Below, piece after piece: positions 49,501-58,366 of a stretch of 64,000 nt of DNA (positions are counted from its first letter, which is position 1; every line of letters starts with the position of its first letter). The stretch spans positions 448,001 through 512,000 of the forward strand of contig CAWBEI010000002.1 in NCBI GenBank assembly GCA_963787835.1. Reading direction: 5' to 3'. The position numbers and the translations under genes are program-made. This stretch comes from Ignavibacteriota bacterium. GTDB taxonomy: Bacteria; Bacteroidota; Ignavibacteria; Palsa-1295. Below the pieces are notes generated by a model, which was not told the DNA's origin, searched no databases, and was given only the letters and a program-made list of their open reading frames with translations.

Positions 49501-52150
49501 TCCCGGATGAATACACGAAAAAGTTGTGCTCGTTGTAGATACGAACCGCCGAGCACGAGTCGTTCGCGAACATCCCGTTCCCGTGGATCACCAGATCCTT
49601 CAGCGTGATGTTGCTTGCACCGTATTCGATACCGAAGACCGCACCCGCCTTCGTCTCGTTGCTGACGATCGTCAAGCCGCGCTTCAAGGGCTCTGCCGTC
49701 ACCTTGTCCGGGGACGGAACCGTCGACGGGTTATAGCCCTCGAAGTTCATATAACCAGGGAAGTGGTCGCCCATGTAAAAACAGAATGGCTGTGAGCCGC
49801 TGAACGTGATCGTCGGATTTTGGCCCGGATATGGGATCCATGTTACCGTCGAACTCGCCGAAAGGCCGTTGATCTGGCCAAGGTCCACCGCGCCATACGG
49901 AGAGGCCACATCGGTGTTCCCGTTCTCCGTGTAGGACGCATCCGTCAGGATCATCCGTACGTTCGCTCCGATACCGCGGAACCGCATCGTGTCCACCGCC
50001 TGATGGATCGTCTGGAACTGGCGCCCTACGCCCACATAGTAATCGCCCTTCAAACGGTCGATGATCGAAAACTGCGTGCACGACGTGTCGTTCGTCTGGT
50101 TCTCGTCGCTGCCCGCGCTGCTGCTGAAGTCTGCGATCGCGCACAGCGTGTAGCATCCCGGCGGGATCGTCGCGATCGTGTGGTATGCACCCGCGTTCGC
50201 TGTCGTTGGAAACTTGAACAGCACCTGACCCTGGTCGATGTTCAAGGCATCTTCTACCGTATCCGACTGGAATGCCAGCAACCCATCCGAACAACGGCGG
50301 ATCTGGCAACGGATCTTGAAGCTGAACAGGTCCGATACACCCACCGACTGGAACAGCGCCGATGGCTGCCACGTCGTCAAATACGGCTTCTCTTCACCCG
50401 GCTGAGGGTTGAACACTCCCACCGAGGCCGCATCGTAAAGTGGAAGGATCGGCGTCGGAGATTTCGTCGTGTCGTCCGCACGCAGCTGATCGTTACCCAT
50501 GATCGCAATACCGAAGACCGTATCCACGCCCAGCGTCACCGGAGTCCACGTCGGGCTTGAAGGGAACGCCGTATCGTAATACGCGCCTCTACCCGGACCC
50601 TGACCGCTCGAGGAATAATCCGTCACCCCATCCGAGTTGCCACCCATTGGGCCGGAAGGCCAGTATGGGATCACGACCGTGTCACGGAAGACCACTTTGC
50701 CCGTCGCGTCGTGTACCGTTGCCGTCACCGGTACATTGTATTGCGTGTCCGTTCCAAGGTTACGGAAACGGATCGAGATCGGCGTCGCAATATCCACCTG
50801 AGTACGGGAACCCGCCGGAGGATTGATCACCGAGACCCCCTTGATATCGTTCGGTGGAGCGCACGTCCACTCATCCGTCGATTGGTTGTCCGATGGATCC
50901 TGATCTGCCGTCGGCTGCAGATTGAACACCGTCATCGTGTCCTCGTAAATACCGTAGCCCGTGCTCTGCGCTTCGCCGAACTGCGCCGGTTCGCCAGGTG
51001 CGAACGCCGGGAACGTGATCGTCGTCTGGCTGAACCCTGCCGGGATCTGCGAGCTGTTCAGCGTGATCGTCTGATTATACACCTGGCCTACGCCATACTC
51101 CGAGATCGTGAAGTTCACCTGGCACGACGTCGAGACCTGGGAACCCGAATTAGCAAGGATCGCCGTTGGGGTGAAATACGTATTGATCGCCTGTGGAGTT
51201 TCGCTGGCAGGATTGGTGATCGTACCGGCCGTCAGATTATATGGCCAAGCAATCGCGATGCGGTAACTGACCTGCGGGAGCAACGGCTCCGTCGCGTTGT
51301 CTTCCGCATATCCGTAATAATCGACGATCGGCTGATTCGATGGGTTGCCGCCGTTGCCGTTCCAGCCAATGGTCAGGAAGTCGCCGCCGCCCGATCCCTT
51401 AATGCCGGTCAGGCCGCTGTAAGCTTCAATAAGCCAGCCGCCATAGGAGTAATAGTAACCCCAGCTCGAATTAAATGTACCACTCTGTGGACCATAATTG
51501 AATTGGAAACTCGATATACCGCTTTCATAGACAACAGCCTGAAAATCTCCATTGAGGCCGGCCGAAGAGCCGTATTCATATGCATAAAGGCCGAGGGTCT
51601 GCACGACGAGCTCGCGGTTCGGGGCAGAGCCTAAAACGGCATAAGAGCAATTCGGAGCCGGACCATACGTGAGGAAGCCCTCGAACGGTGCTAGCTTATA
51701 GTTTGGATAATAGGACTCATAAGGAGCATAGTCATATTCACTCTCCAAAAAATCATACTCATAATCCTCGTACACATAGCCATACTCACTCAGATAAAAA
51801 AAATCGGCATCATAATCGTACGCATAGTTGGCGGTCCAAGTGGGGCTAAAGATGACAGAACCGTATGAATTAACTTCAAAATTGCCGGTGGTGGCGATCT
51901 GTTGGTTTTCAAACCGGAACGCGAACGGCACCGTATAACTCGGAGACATCTGATAATAATATCCCAGACCCGAGACCGCCGTTCCGCTGATCGCACTCCA
52001 GTTCGGGCCTGAACCCAAACCCTGAGCATCAGGCGTCGTGATCATGTGCACAAGATAGCTTCTCATAGAGTACGTTTGCGCACGCACGACCCCGGTGGAA
52101 ATCAAGCCGAACGCAACGAGCATGATTAGGAAAGCGTAGAGTTTTTTCAT
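46541..52150 (-). CDS. Giant T9SS-secreted surface protein, paralog 1 (Tyr-rich NIDO-like head, CARDB/Ig-like domains, beta-helix, Fn3-like domain, CTD)
   Basis: Signal peptide VRA-Q; VPFAFRF..NSYG..APF..LGSAPNRELVV head; NDIKGVSVINP and NDLAVLEISQP Ig-like starts; PDIGADE; CTD LGQSYPNP...SGSYLYEM. Confidence 0.9.
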   Translation of the reverse strand: MKKLYAFLIMLVAFGLISTGVVRAQTYSMRSYLVHMITTPDAQGLGSGPNWSAISGTAVSGLGYYYQMSPSYTVPFAFRFENQQIATTGNFEVNSYGSVIFSPTWTANYAYDYDADFFYLSEYGYVYEDYEYDFLESEYDYAPYESYYPNYKLAPFEGFLTYGPAPNCSYAVLGSAPNRELVVQTLGLYAYEYGSSAGLNGDFQAVVYESGISSFQFNYGPQSGTFNSSWGYYYSYGGWLIEAYSGLTGIKGSGGGDFLTIGWNGNGGNPSNQPIVDYYGYAEDNATEPLLPQVSYRIAIAWPYNLTAGTITNPASETPQAINTYFTPTAILANSGSQVSTSCQVNFTISEYGVGQVYNQTITLNSSQIPAGFSQTTITFPAFAPGEPAQFGEAQSTGYGIYEDTMTVFNLQPTADQDPSDNQSTDEWTCAPPNDIKGVSVINPPAGSRTQVDIATPISIRFRNLGTDTQYNVPVTATVHDATGKVVFRDTVVIPYWPSGPMGGNSDGVTDYSSSGQGPGRGAYYDTAFPSSPTWTPVTLGVDTVFGIAIMGNDQLRADDTTKSPTPILPLYDAASVGVFNPQPGEEKPYLTTWQPSALFQSVGVSDLFSFKIRCQIRRCSDGLLAFQSDTVEDALNIDQGQVLFKFPTTANAGAYHTIATIPPGCYTLCAIADFSSSAGSDENQTNDTSCTQFSIIDRLKGDYYVGVGRQFQTIHQAVDTMRFRGIGANVRMILTDASYTENGNTDVASPYGAVDLGQINGLSASSTVTWIPYPGQNPTITFSGSQPFCFYMGDHFPGYMNFEGYNPSTVPSPDKVTAEPLKRGLTIVSNETKAGAVFGIEYGASNITLKDLVIHGNGMFANDSCSAVRIYNEHNFFVYSSGIHDTVATSNITVNNCELGNAKYGIYDHGYHDAYDPVKGAYTTWRNYNDVITRNTVGTSSNPLSYAGIQFNSETGIVISHNEISNVNANVVPQGGGATWNVYGIVQPNMNTYIGPPSNPQWAGDTGNVTGAWIDANRIRIMTSAAGNTHGIALQQSSWQYTSTGLTNVKSTLPAVTQNRLTNNMILDLRTSAGKVFPILMTTISSTSGTVPYSTDKDSVFNNSISTNNATSNITIKYAKHAFIWNNIFQNTGTGPYTNYNLEVPRPYASSISSDYNVFDLRGTNVFDSVTEYDARYGTVFQSLYFRRLNDWRTYVGQDSHSLSGDPLFGTPAMGVDSLHMPPALTYIESPASNNGAWLGTSSEAHDFDGDVRSQNNPSPDIGADEWDGFQFTNDLAVLEISQPGGFSQTSDTSLVTTESPLWITGVVKNLSSVGVYSQKVTATVQRSVNGVWTTVYTGTSAPLTWQVGESKSVAFQGPALTASNSTGVFRVTVSVPNDQNDANNSQTKTFTILLKQNAVLLSYNGAASDGRQNRDSVIAALNRLGVPFDTIDRNAPKGLPNTTIIDYTPWWTIVWSSGDPGVAPVAGQSTGQGGPTLQETDEITRYLGAGQSYAKKSLVIAGQHIAYYNGYVQSNNPVTDTQWMQSTMHTQYVANYPTSSSYIGRIVGQQPAYWTFADSLSIPVNPNGSDCEECSTDLTSSLTPNVIMPSLTTPAVGPKVNGYAYTYSNYSYSNPNNGAGVSYYDPLVNTVFYAFDWANPHQTSPSTAAQDALTSGTTRTLAAAFAFFRSHNGTILPIDNVSASIQRVSGNAATITWDVVGLPNVVRYDVEQQNQNSWTVLHPVTAVADQTDYASSITGLDPSQSYTYRIAAVDETGAETYSNTVELGPDASQLGFTLGQSYPNPSAGVTEVSFTLPEASQVTLRVMDVTGKVVNSEVTNQSFEAGTQNVKLDLTSLPSGSYLYEMTATGADGRSATLSSKLTIEKQ

Positions 52151-52295
52151 AGACTTCAATGAATGGAAAAATAAGTGACTACAAATCGTTTTGCCCCAAA
52201 GGACGACCAGTTAAATAAAATAATACCTCAAGAATCGACCGGTTTTCCCCCAAGTATTTAACTCGACACGCCAGAACCACCGAAAGTTACATCCC
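52151..52295 (-). promoter_or_regulatory. Promoter and ~120-nt leader of giant gene 1
   Basis: TAACTTTCG (-7-like) at 52289-52281; leader blocks shared with copy 2. Confidence 0.5.
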
Positions 52296-52402
52296 GTTCT
52301 CAATTTTTTTGAAAATTTCTTAGAGAATCCTAAAACTAAGGCTTTGTCATATCTCCTTTGGCAACCCACAATTTTATATTGTATTTACTGCGTTTAAATT
52401 GG

Positions 52403-52436
52403 GACTGCCCGCCGTGGATAACCACGGTGGGCAGTC
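52403..52436 (-). terminator. Strong hairpin downstream of giant gene 2
   Basis: Identical to 46445-46478. Confidence 0.7.
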
Positions 52437-52498
52437 GCTTGATTTCGGTTGGGATGTTTTTTGCTTCCCGTATGTCCGTCTTACCGAGCTTTCCCGTC

Positions 52499-55400
52499 TT
52501 ACTGTTTTTCGATGGTGAGCTTGCTCGAGAGCGTGGCGCTGCGGCCGTCGGCTCCGGTGGCGGTCATCTCATAGAGATAGCTGCCGCTCGGTAGCGAGGT
52601 CAGGTCGAGCTTCACGTTCTGGGTGCCCGCCTCGAACGACTGGTTCGTCACCTCGCTGTTGACCACCTTGCCCGTCACGTCCATCACCCGCAGCGTTACC
52701 TGCGAGGCTTCCGGAAGCGTGAACGATACCTCCGTCACACCGGCCGAGGGATTCGGATAGCTCTGGCCCAGTGTAAAGCCAAGCTGGCTTGCATCCGGAC
52801 CCAGTTCCACCGTATTCGAGTACGTCTCCGCACCCGTCTCATCGACCGCCGCAATGCGGTACGTGTACGACTGCGAAGGATCCAGACCCGTGATCGAGGA
52901 GGCATAGTCCGTCTGATCCGCGACCGCCGTCACCGGATGCAGCACCGTCCAGCTGTTCTGGTTCTGCTGCTCCACATCGTAGCGTACCACGTTCGGCAAG
53001 CCTACCACATCCCACGTGATCGTCGCGGCATTACCGCTGACCCGCTGAATGCTCGCACTCACATTGTCGATCGGTAGGATCGTACCATTGTGACTGCGGA
53101 AGAAGGCAAAGGCTGCTGCAAGCGTTCGTGTCGTACCGCTCGTCAATGCATCCTGTGCCGCCGTGCTCGGAGACGTCTGGTGCGGGTTCGCCCAGTCAAA
53201 GGCATAGAACACCGTGTTCACCAGGGGATCGTAATACGATACACCCGCTCCATTGTTCGGATTGCTGTACGAGTAGTTCGAGTACGTGTACGCATACCCG
53301 TTGACCTTCGGACCCACCGCAGGCGTCGTCAGGGATGGCATGATCACGTTCGGTGTCAGGCTCGAGGTCAGATCCGTCGAGCATTCCTCGCAGTCACTCC
53401 CGTTCGGATTGACCGGGATCGAAAGGCTGTCCGCAAACGTCCAGTACGCCGGCTGCTGGCCCACGATCCGGCCAATATACGAGGAACTCGTCGGGTAGTT
53501 CGCCACATACTGTGTGTGCATCGTCGATTGCATCCATTGCGTATCCGTCACCGGATTGTTCGACTGCACATACCCATTGTAGTAGGCAATGTGCTGGCCC
53601 GCGATCACAAGGCTCTTCTTCGCATAGCTCTGCCCTGCGCCCAGATACCGCGTGATCTCATCCGTCTCCTGCAGCGTCGGACCGCCCTGACCCGTCGACT
53701 GACCGGCAACCGGGGCAACGCCCGGATCGCCGCTCGACCACACGATCGTCCACCACGGCGTGTAATCGATGATCGTCGTGTTCGGAAGGCCCTTCGGAGC
53801 GTTACGGTCGATCGTGTCGAACGGTACCCCTAATCGGTTCAACGCCGCGATCACCGAATCACGGTTCTGACGGCCATCCGAGGCCGCACCATTATAGGAA
53901 AGCAATACCGCATTCTGCTTCAACAGGATCGTAAACGTCTTCGTCTGCGAGTTGTTCGCGTCGTTCTGGTCGTTCGGGACGCTCACCGTTACCCGGAACA
54001 CCCCCGTGCTGTTCGACGCCGTCAACGCCGGACCCTGGAACGCGACGCTCTTCGACTCGCCCACCTGCCACGTCAACGGGGCAGACGTGCCCGTATACAC
54101 CGTCGTCCATACACCATTGACCGAACGCTGCACCGTCGCCGTGACCTTCTGGCTATAGACGCCTACGCTCGATAGGTTCTTCACCACGCCCGTGATCCAT
54201 AACGGACTCTCCGTCGTCACTAAGGACGTGTCGCTCGTCTGCGAGAACCCGCCCGGCTGTGAGATCTCTAAGACCGCAAGATCGTTCGTGAACTGGAACC
54301 CGTCCCATTCATCCGCCCCGATGTCCGGGCTCGGATTGTTCTGCGAACGAACGTCTCCGTCGAAATCATGAGCCTCCGACGACGTACCAAGCCACGCGCC
54401 GTTGTTCGAGGCCGGACTTTCGATGTACGTCAAGGCCGGTGGCATGTGCAACGAATCCACTCCCATCGCTGGCGTACCGAACAACGGATCGCCCGATAAC
54501 GAGTGGCTGTCCTGACCCACATACGTACGCCAGTCGTTCAAACGGCGGAAGTACAGGCTCTGGAATACCGTCCCATACCGTGCGTCGTACTCCGTCACCG
54601 AGTCGAAGACGTTCGTGCCACGCAAATCGAATACGTTATAGTCCGAACTGATCGAACTTGCATACGGACGAGGTACCTCTAAGTTGTAGTTCGTGTACGG
54701 ACCGGTGCCCGTGTTCTGGAAAATGTTGTTCCAGATGAACGCGTGCTTCGCGTATTTGATCGTGATGTTCGATGTCGCGTTGTTCGTCGAGATCGAGTTG
54801 TTGAACACCGAATCCTTGTCCGTCGAATACGGAACCGTGCCCGACGTCGAAGAGATCGTCGTCATCAGGATCGGGAACACCTTCCCCGCGCTCGTACGAA
54901 GGTCTAAGATCATGTTGTTCGTCAATCGGTTCTGCGTTACCGCCGGTAACGTCGATTTCACATTCGTCAGACCCGTGCTCGTGTACTGCCACGACGACTG
55001 CTGCAGCGCGATCCCATGCGTGTTGCCCGCTGCCGATGTCATGATACGGATCCGGTTCGCATCGATCCAGGCACCCGTCACGTTACCCGTGTCACCCGCC
55101 CACTGAGGGTTCGAAGGCGGGCCGATGTACGTGTTCATGTTCGGCTGTACAATGCCATACACATTCCACGTCGCTCCGCCGCCCTGCGGTACTACGTTCG
55201 CGTTCACGTTCGAGATCTCGTTGTGTGAGATCACGATCCCGGTCTCGCTGTTGAACTGGATGCCCGCGTACGATAATGGGTTCGACGACGTACCTACCGT
55301 GTTCCGCGTGATCACGTCATTGTAGTTGCGCCACGTCGTGTACGCACCCTTCACCGGATCGTACGCATCGTGGTACCCGTGATCGTAGATCCCATACTTC

Positions 55401-58159
55401 GCATTGCCAAGCTCGCAATTATTAACCACGAGATTGTTCATCGCTACGGTATCGCGAATACCCGAGCCATAGACATAGAAGTTGTGCTCGTTGTAGATAC
55501 GGACCGCCGAGCACGAGTCGTTCGCGAACATCCCGTTCCCGTGGATCACCAGATCCTTCAGCGTGATGTTGCTCGCACCGTATTCGATACCGAAGACCGC
55601 ACCCGCCTTCGTCTCGTTGCTGACGATCGTCAAGCCGCGCTTCAAGGGCTCGGCCGTCACCTTGTCCGGGGACGGAACCGTCGACGGGTTATAGCCCTCG
55701 AAGTTCATATAACCAGGGAAGTGGTCGCCCATGTAAAAACAGAATGGCTGTGAGCCGCTGAACGTGATCGTCGGATTTTGGCCCGGATATGGGATCCACG
55801 TCACCGTCGAACTCGCCGAAAGGCCGTTGATCTGGCCAAGGTCCACCGCGCCATACGGAGAGGCCACATCGGTGTTCCCGTTCTCCGTGTAGGACGCATC
55901 CGTCAGGATCATCCGTACGTTCGCTCCGATACCGCGGAACCGCATCGTGTCCACCGCCTGATGGATCGTCTGGAACTGGCGCCCTACGCCCACATAGTAA
56001 TCGCCCTTCAAACGGTCAATGATCGAAAACTGCGTGCACGACGTGTCGTTCGTCTGGTTCTCGTCGCTGCCCGCGCTGCTGCTGAAGTCTGCGATCGCGC
56101 ACAGCGTGTAGCATCCCGGCGGGATCGTCGCGATCGTGTGGTATGCACCCGCGTTCGCTGTCGTTGGAAACTTGAACAGCACCTGACCCTGGTCGATGTT
56201 CAAGGCATCTTCTACCGTATCCGACTGGAATGCCAGCAACCCATCCGAACAACGGCGGATCTGGCAACGGATCTTGAAGCTGAACAGGTCCGATACACCC
56301 ACCGACTGGAACAGCGCCGATGGCTGCCACGTCGTCAAATACGGCTTCTCTTCACCCGGCTGAGGGTTGAACACTCCCACCGAGGCCGCATCGTAAAGTG
56401 GAAGGATCGGCGTCGGAGATTTCGTCGTGTCGTCCGCACGCAGCTGATCGTTACCCATGATCGCAATACCGAAGACCGTATCCACGCCCAGCGTCACCGG
56501 AGTCCACGTCGGGCTTGAAGGGAACGCCGTATCGTAATACGCGCCTCTGCCCGGACCCTGACCGCTCGAGGAATAATCCGTCACCCCATCCGAGTTGCCA
56601 CCCATTGGGCCGGAAGGCCAGTAAGGGATCACGACCGTGTCACGGAAGACCACTTTGCCCGTCGCGTCGTGTACCGTTGCCGTCACCGGTACATTGTATT
56701 GCGTGTCCGTTCCAAGGTTACGGAAACGGATCGAGATCGGCGTAGCAATATCCACCTGGGTTCGGGAACCCGCCGGAGGATTGATCACCGAGACCCCCTT
56801 GATGTCGTTCGGTGGAGCGCACGTCCACTCATCCGTCGATTGGTTGTCTGCGGGATCCTGATCTGCCGTCGGCTGTAGATTGAACACCGTCATCGTGTCC
56901 TCGTAGATCCCATAGCCCGTGCTTTGGGCTTCGCCGAACTGCGCCGCCTGACCTGGCGCAAACTGCGGGAACGTGATCGTCGAATTGCTGAACGCCGCCG
57001 GGATCTGCGAGCTGTTCAGGGTGATCGTCTGATTATATACCTGGCCTACGCCATACTCCGAGATCGTGAAGTTCACCTGGCACGACGTTGAGACCTGCGA
57101 ACCCGAATTTGTAAGGATCGCCGTTGGGGTGAAGTTCGTATTGATCGCCTGTGGAGTTTCGCTGGCAGGATTGGTGATCGTACCAGCCGTCAGATCGTAC
57201 GGCCAAGCGATGAACACACGATAGCTCGATTGCGGGAGCAGAGGCTCCGTCGCGTTGTCTTCCGCTGCATAGCCATAGGCAAAACTGGTGTAGCCACTAT
57301 TAGAATAATTATTGCAGTATTGAACCAACGGTTGATTCGAAGGGCTGCCGCCGTTGCCGTTCCAGCCGATCGTCAGGTAATTACCGCCTGTGGATTTGAC
57401 GGCAGTGTAGCCCGAGTATGATTCGATCAGCCAGCCGCCATAGGAGTAATAATACCCCCAGCTTGAGTTCCACGTCCCGGTCATCGGACCATAATTGAAC
57501 TGGAAGTTCGAGATCCCTGACTCATAGACAACCGTCTGCCAGCTTCCAAAACATTGTGATAAGCCATAATAATAAGAGGGTACAGCATCGGCCTCTACGA
57601 CAAGCTCACGATTCGGAGCCGAGCCGAGAACCGTATAGAGCACGTTATAGCCAGAGCTGGGGCCATCTGTCAAAAACCCTTCGAAGGGGGCCAGCCTGTA
57701 ATTGCCGTAATAGGAGTACCCGTAGTTGTAATCCTCTTCGTTCTCATAGAGGCAGTATGGAATGTAGTCATACACGTACCCATATTCACTTAGAAAAAAC
57801 CAATCGTACCCACCGTAATCGTAGTTGGCAGTGCTGGGCCAGGTGGGGCTGAACACGACCGTGCCATAGTTGTTAAACCGGAACGTGTTTGTCGTCGCGA
57901 TCTGCGTGTTTAAGAACCGGAATGCAAACGGCACCTGATAGGCCGCCGACATTTGTTCGCCATCGTACTGCGATGACAATCCGCCGCTGGTGCCTGTGAC
58001 GGAATGCCAGTTCGAGCCGGAACCTAATCCCTGCGGATCAGGCGTATCGACCTTCCGGACGAAGTAGCTGGTCATCGTGTACGTTTGCGCCTGCGCAACC
58101 TCGGAGGAAATGATTCCGAGCGCGAAAAGCGCGAGAAGAAAAGCGTAGAGTTTTTTCAT
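52499..58159 (-). CDS. Giant T9SS-secreted surface protein, paralog 2
   Basis: Signal peptide AQA-Q; same architecture as paralog 1 with a divergent first ~320 aa. Confidence 0.9.
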   Translation of the reverse strand: MKKLYAFLLALFALGIISSEVAQAQTYTMTSYFVRKVDTPDPQGLGSGSNWHSVTGTSGGLSSQYDGEQMSAAYQVPFAFRFLNTQIATTNTFRFNNYGTVVFSPTWPSTANYDYGGYDWFFLSEYGYVYDYIPYCLYENEEDYNYGYSYYGNYRLAPFEGFLTDGPSSGYNVLYTVLGSAPNRELVVEADAVPSYYYGLSQCFGSWQTVVYESGISNFQFNYGPMTGTWNSSWGYYYSYGGWLIESYSGYTAVKSTGGNYLTIGWNGNGGSPSNQPLVQYCNNYSNSGYTSFAYGYAAEDNATEPLLPQSSYRVFIAWPYDLTAGTITNPASETPQAINTNFTPTAILTNSGSQVSTSCQVNFTISEYGVGQVYNQTITLNSSQIPAAFSNSTITFPQFAPGQAAQFGEAQSTGYGIYEDTMTVFNLQPTADQDPADNQSTDEWTCAPPNDIKGVSVINPPAGSRTQVDIATPISIRFRNLGTDTQYNVPVTATVHDATGKVVFRDTVVIPYWPSGPMGGNSDGVTDYSSSGQGPGRGAYYDTAFPSSPTWTPVTLGVDTVFGIAIMGNDQLRADDTTKSPTPILPLYDAASVGVFNPQPGEEKPYLTTWQPSALFQSVGVSDLFSFKIRCQIRRCSDGLLAFQSDTVEDALNIDQGQVLFKFPTTANAGAYHTIATIPPGCYTLCAIADFSSSAGSDENQTNDTSCTQFSIIDRLKGDYYVGVGRQFQTIHQAVDTMRFRGIGANVRMILTDASYTENGNTDVASPYGAVDLGQINGLSASSTVTWIPYPGQNPTITFSGSQPFCFYMGDHFPGYMNFEGYNPSTVPSPDKVTAEPLKRGLTIVSNETKAGAVFGIEYGASNITLKDLVIHGNGMFANDSCSAVRIYNEHNFYVYGSGIRDTVAMNNLVVNNCELGNAKYGIYDHGYHDAYDPVKGAYTTWRNYNDVITRNTVGTSSNPLSYAGIQFNSETGIVISHNEISNVNANVVPQGGGATWNVYGIVQPNMNTYIGPPSNPQWAGDTGNVTGAWIDANRIRIMTSAAGNTHGIALQQSSWQYTSTGLTNVKSTLPAVTQNRLTNNMILDLRTSAGKVFPILMTTISSTSGTVPYSTDKDSVFNNSISTNNATSNITIKYAKHAFIWNNIFQNTGTGPYTNYNLEVPRPYASSISSDYNVFDLRGTNVFDSVTEYDARYGTVFQSLYFRRLNDWRTYVGQDSHSLSGDPLFGTPAMGVDSLHMPPALTYIESPASNNGAWLGTSSEAHDFDGDVRSQNNPSPDIGADEWDGFQFTNDLAVLEISQPGGFSQTSDTSLVTTESPLWITGVVKNLSSVGVYSQKVTATVQRSVNGVWTTVYTGTSAPLTWQVGESKSVAFQGPALTASNSTGVFRVTVSVPNDQNDANNSQTKTFTILLKQNAVLLSYNGAASDGRQNRDSVIAALNRLGVPFDTIDRNAPKGLPNTTIIDYTPWWTIVWSSGDPGVAPVAGQSTGQGGPTLQETDEITRYLGAGQSYAKKSLVIAGQHIAYYNGYVQSNNPVTDTQWMQSTMHTQYVANYPTSSSYIGRIVGQQPAYWTFADSLSIPVNPNGSDCEECSTDLTSSLTPNVIMPSLTTPAVGPKVNGYAYTYSNYSYSNPNNGAGVSYYDPLVNTVFYAFDWANPHQTSPSTAAQDALTSGTTRTLAAAFAFFRSHNGTILPIDNVSASIQRVSGNAATITWDVVGLPNVVRYDVEQQNQNSWTVLHPVTAVADQTDYASSITGLDPSQSYTYRIAAVDETGAETYSNTVELGPDASQLGFTLGQSYPNPSAGVTEVSFTLPEASQVTLRVMDVTGKVVNSEVTNQSFEAGTQNVKLDLTSLPSGSYLYEMTATGADGRSATLSSKLTIEKQ

Positions 58160-58299
58160 AGACTTCTAATGAATGGAAAATAAGTGACTACAATTCTGTT
58201 GCCCGAAGGATGGCCGGTTATTCAAAACAATACCAAAAGAACCGGAGGGTTTCCCCCAGGTATTTACTCGACACGCCAAAACCACCGAAAGTTACATCC
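58160..58299 (-). promoter_or_regulatory. Promoter and leader of giant gene 2
   Basis: TAACTTTCG at 58294-58286; TGGCGTGTCGAGT, AATAC..GGGGGAAA and TGTAGTCACTTATTTT shared with copy 1. Confidence 0.5.
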
Positions 58300-58366
58300 A
58301 GTTCACGATTTTTTATGTATTCTTAAGGAGTGCCTGGGATAAGCAGGGAAATTCTTTCTAAAGATC

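Larger units (their letters stand above)
46433..52295. repeat. Tandem duplication, downstream copy (offset 5958 bp)
   Basis: Matches 52391-58299; identical alternative-frame ORFs recur at exactly +5958. Confidence 0.95.
52391..58299. repeat. Tandem duplication, upstream copy
   Basis: Same promoter, leader, gene and hairpin order as 46433-52295. Confidence 0.95.

Noticed and set aside
47132-56878. Long plus-strand ORFs (for example 47132-47875, 49820-50560, 50711-51634 and their copies)
   Set aside because: Arg/Val-rich antisense shadows of the GC-rich giant genes with no protein motifs
46541-58159. Diversity-generating retroelement acting on the giant genes
   Set aside because: No reverse transcriptase or short template repeat in the window; differences include indels and synonymous changes and are not adenine-specific
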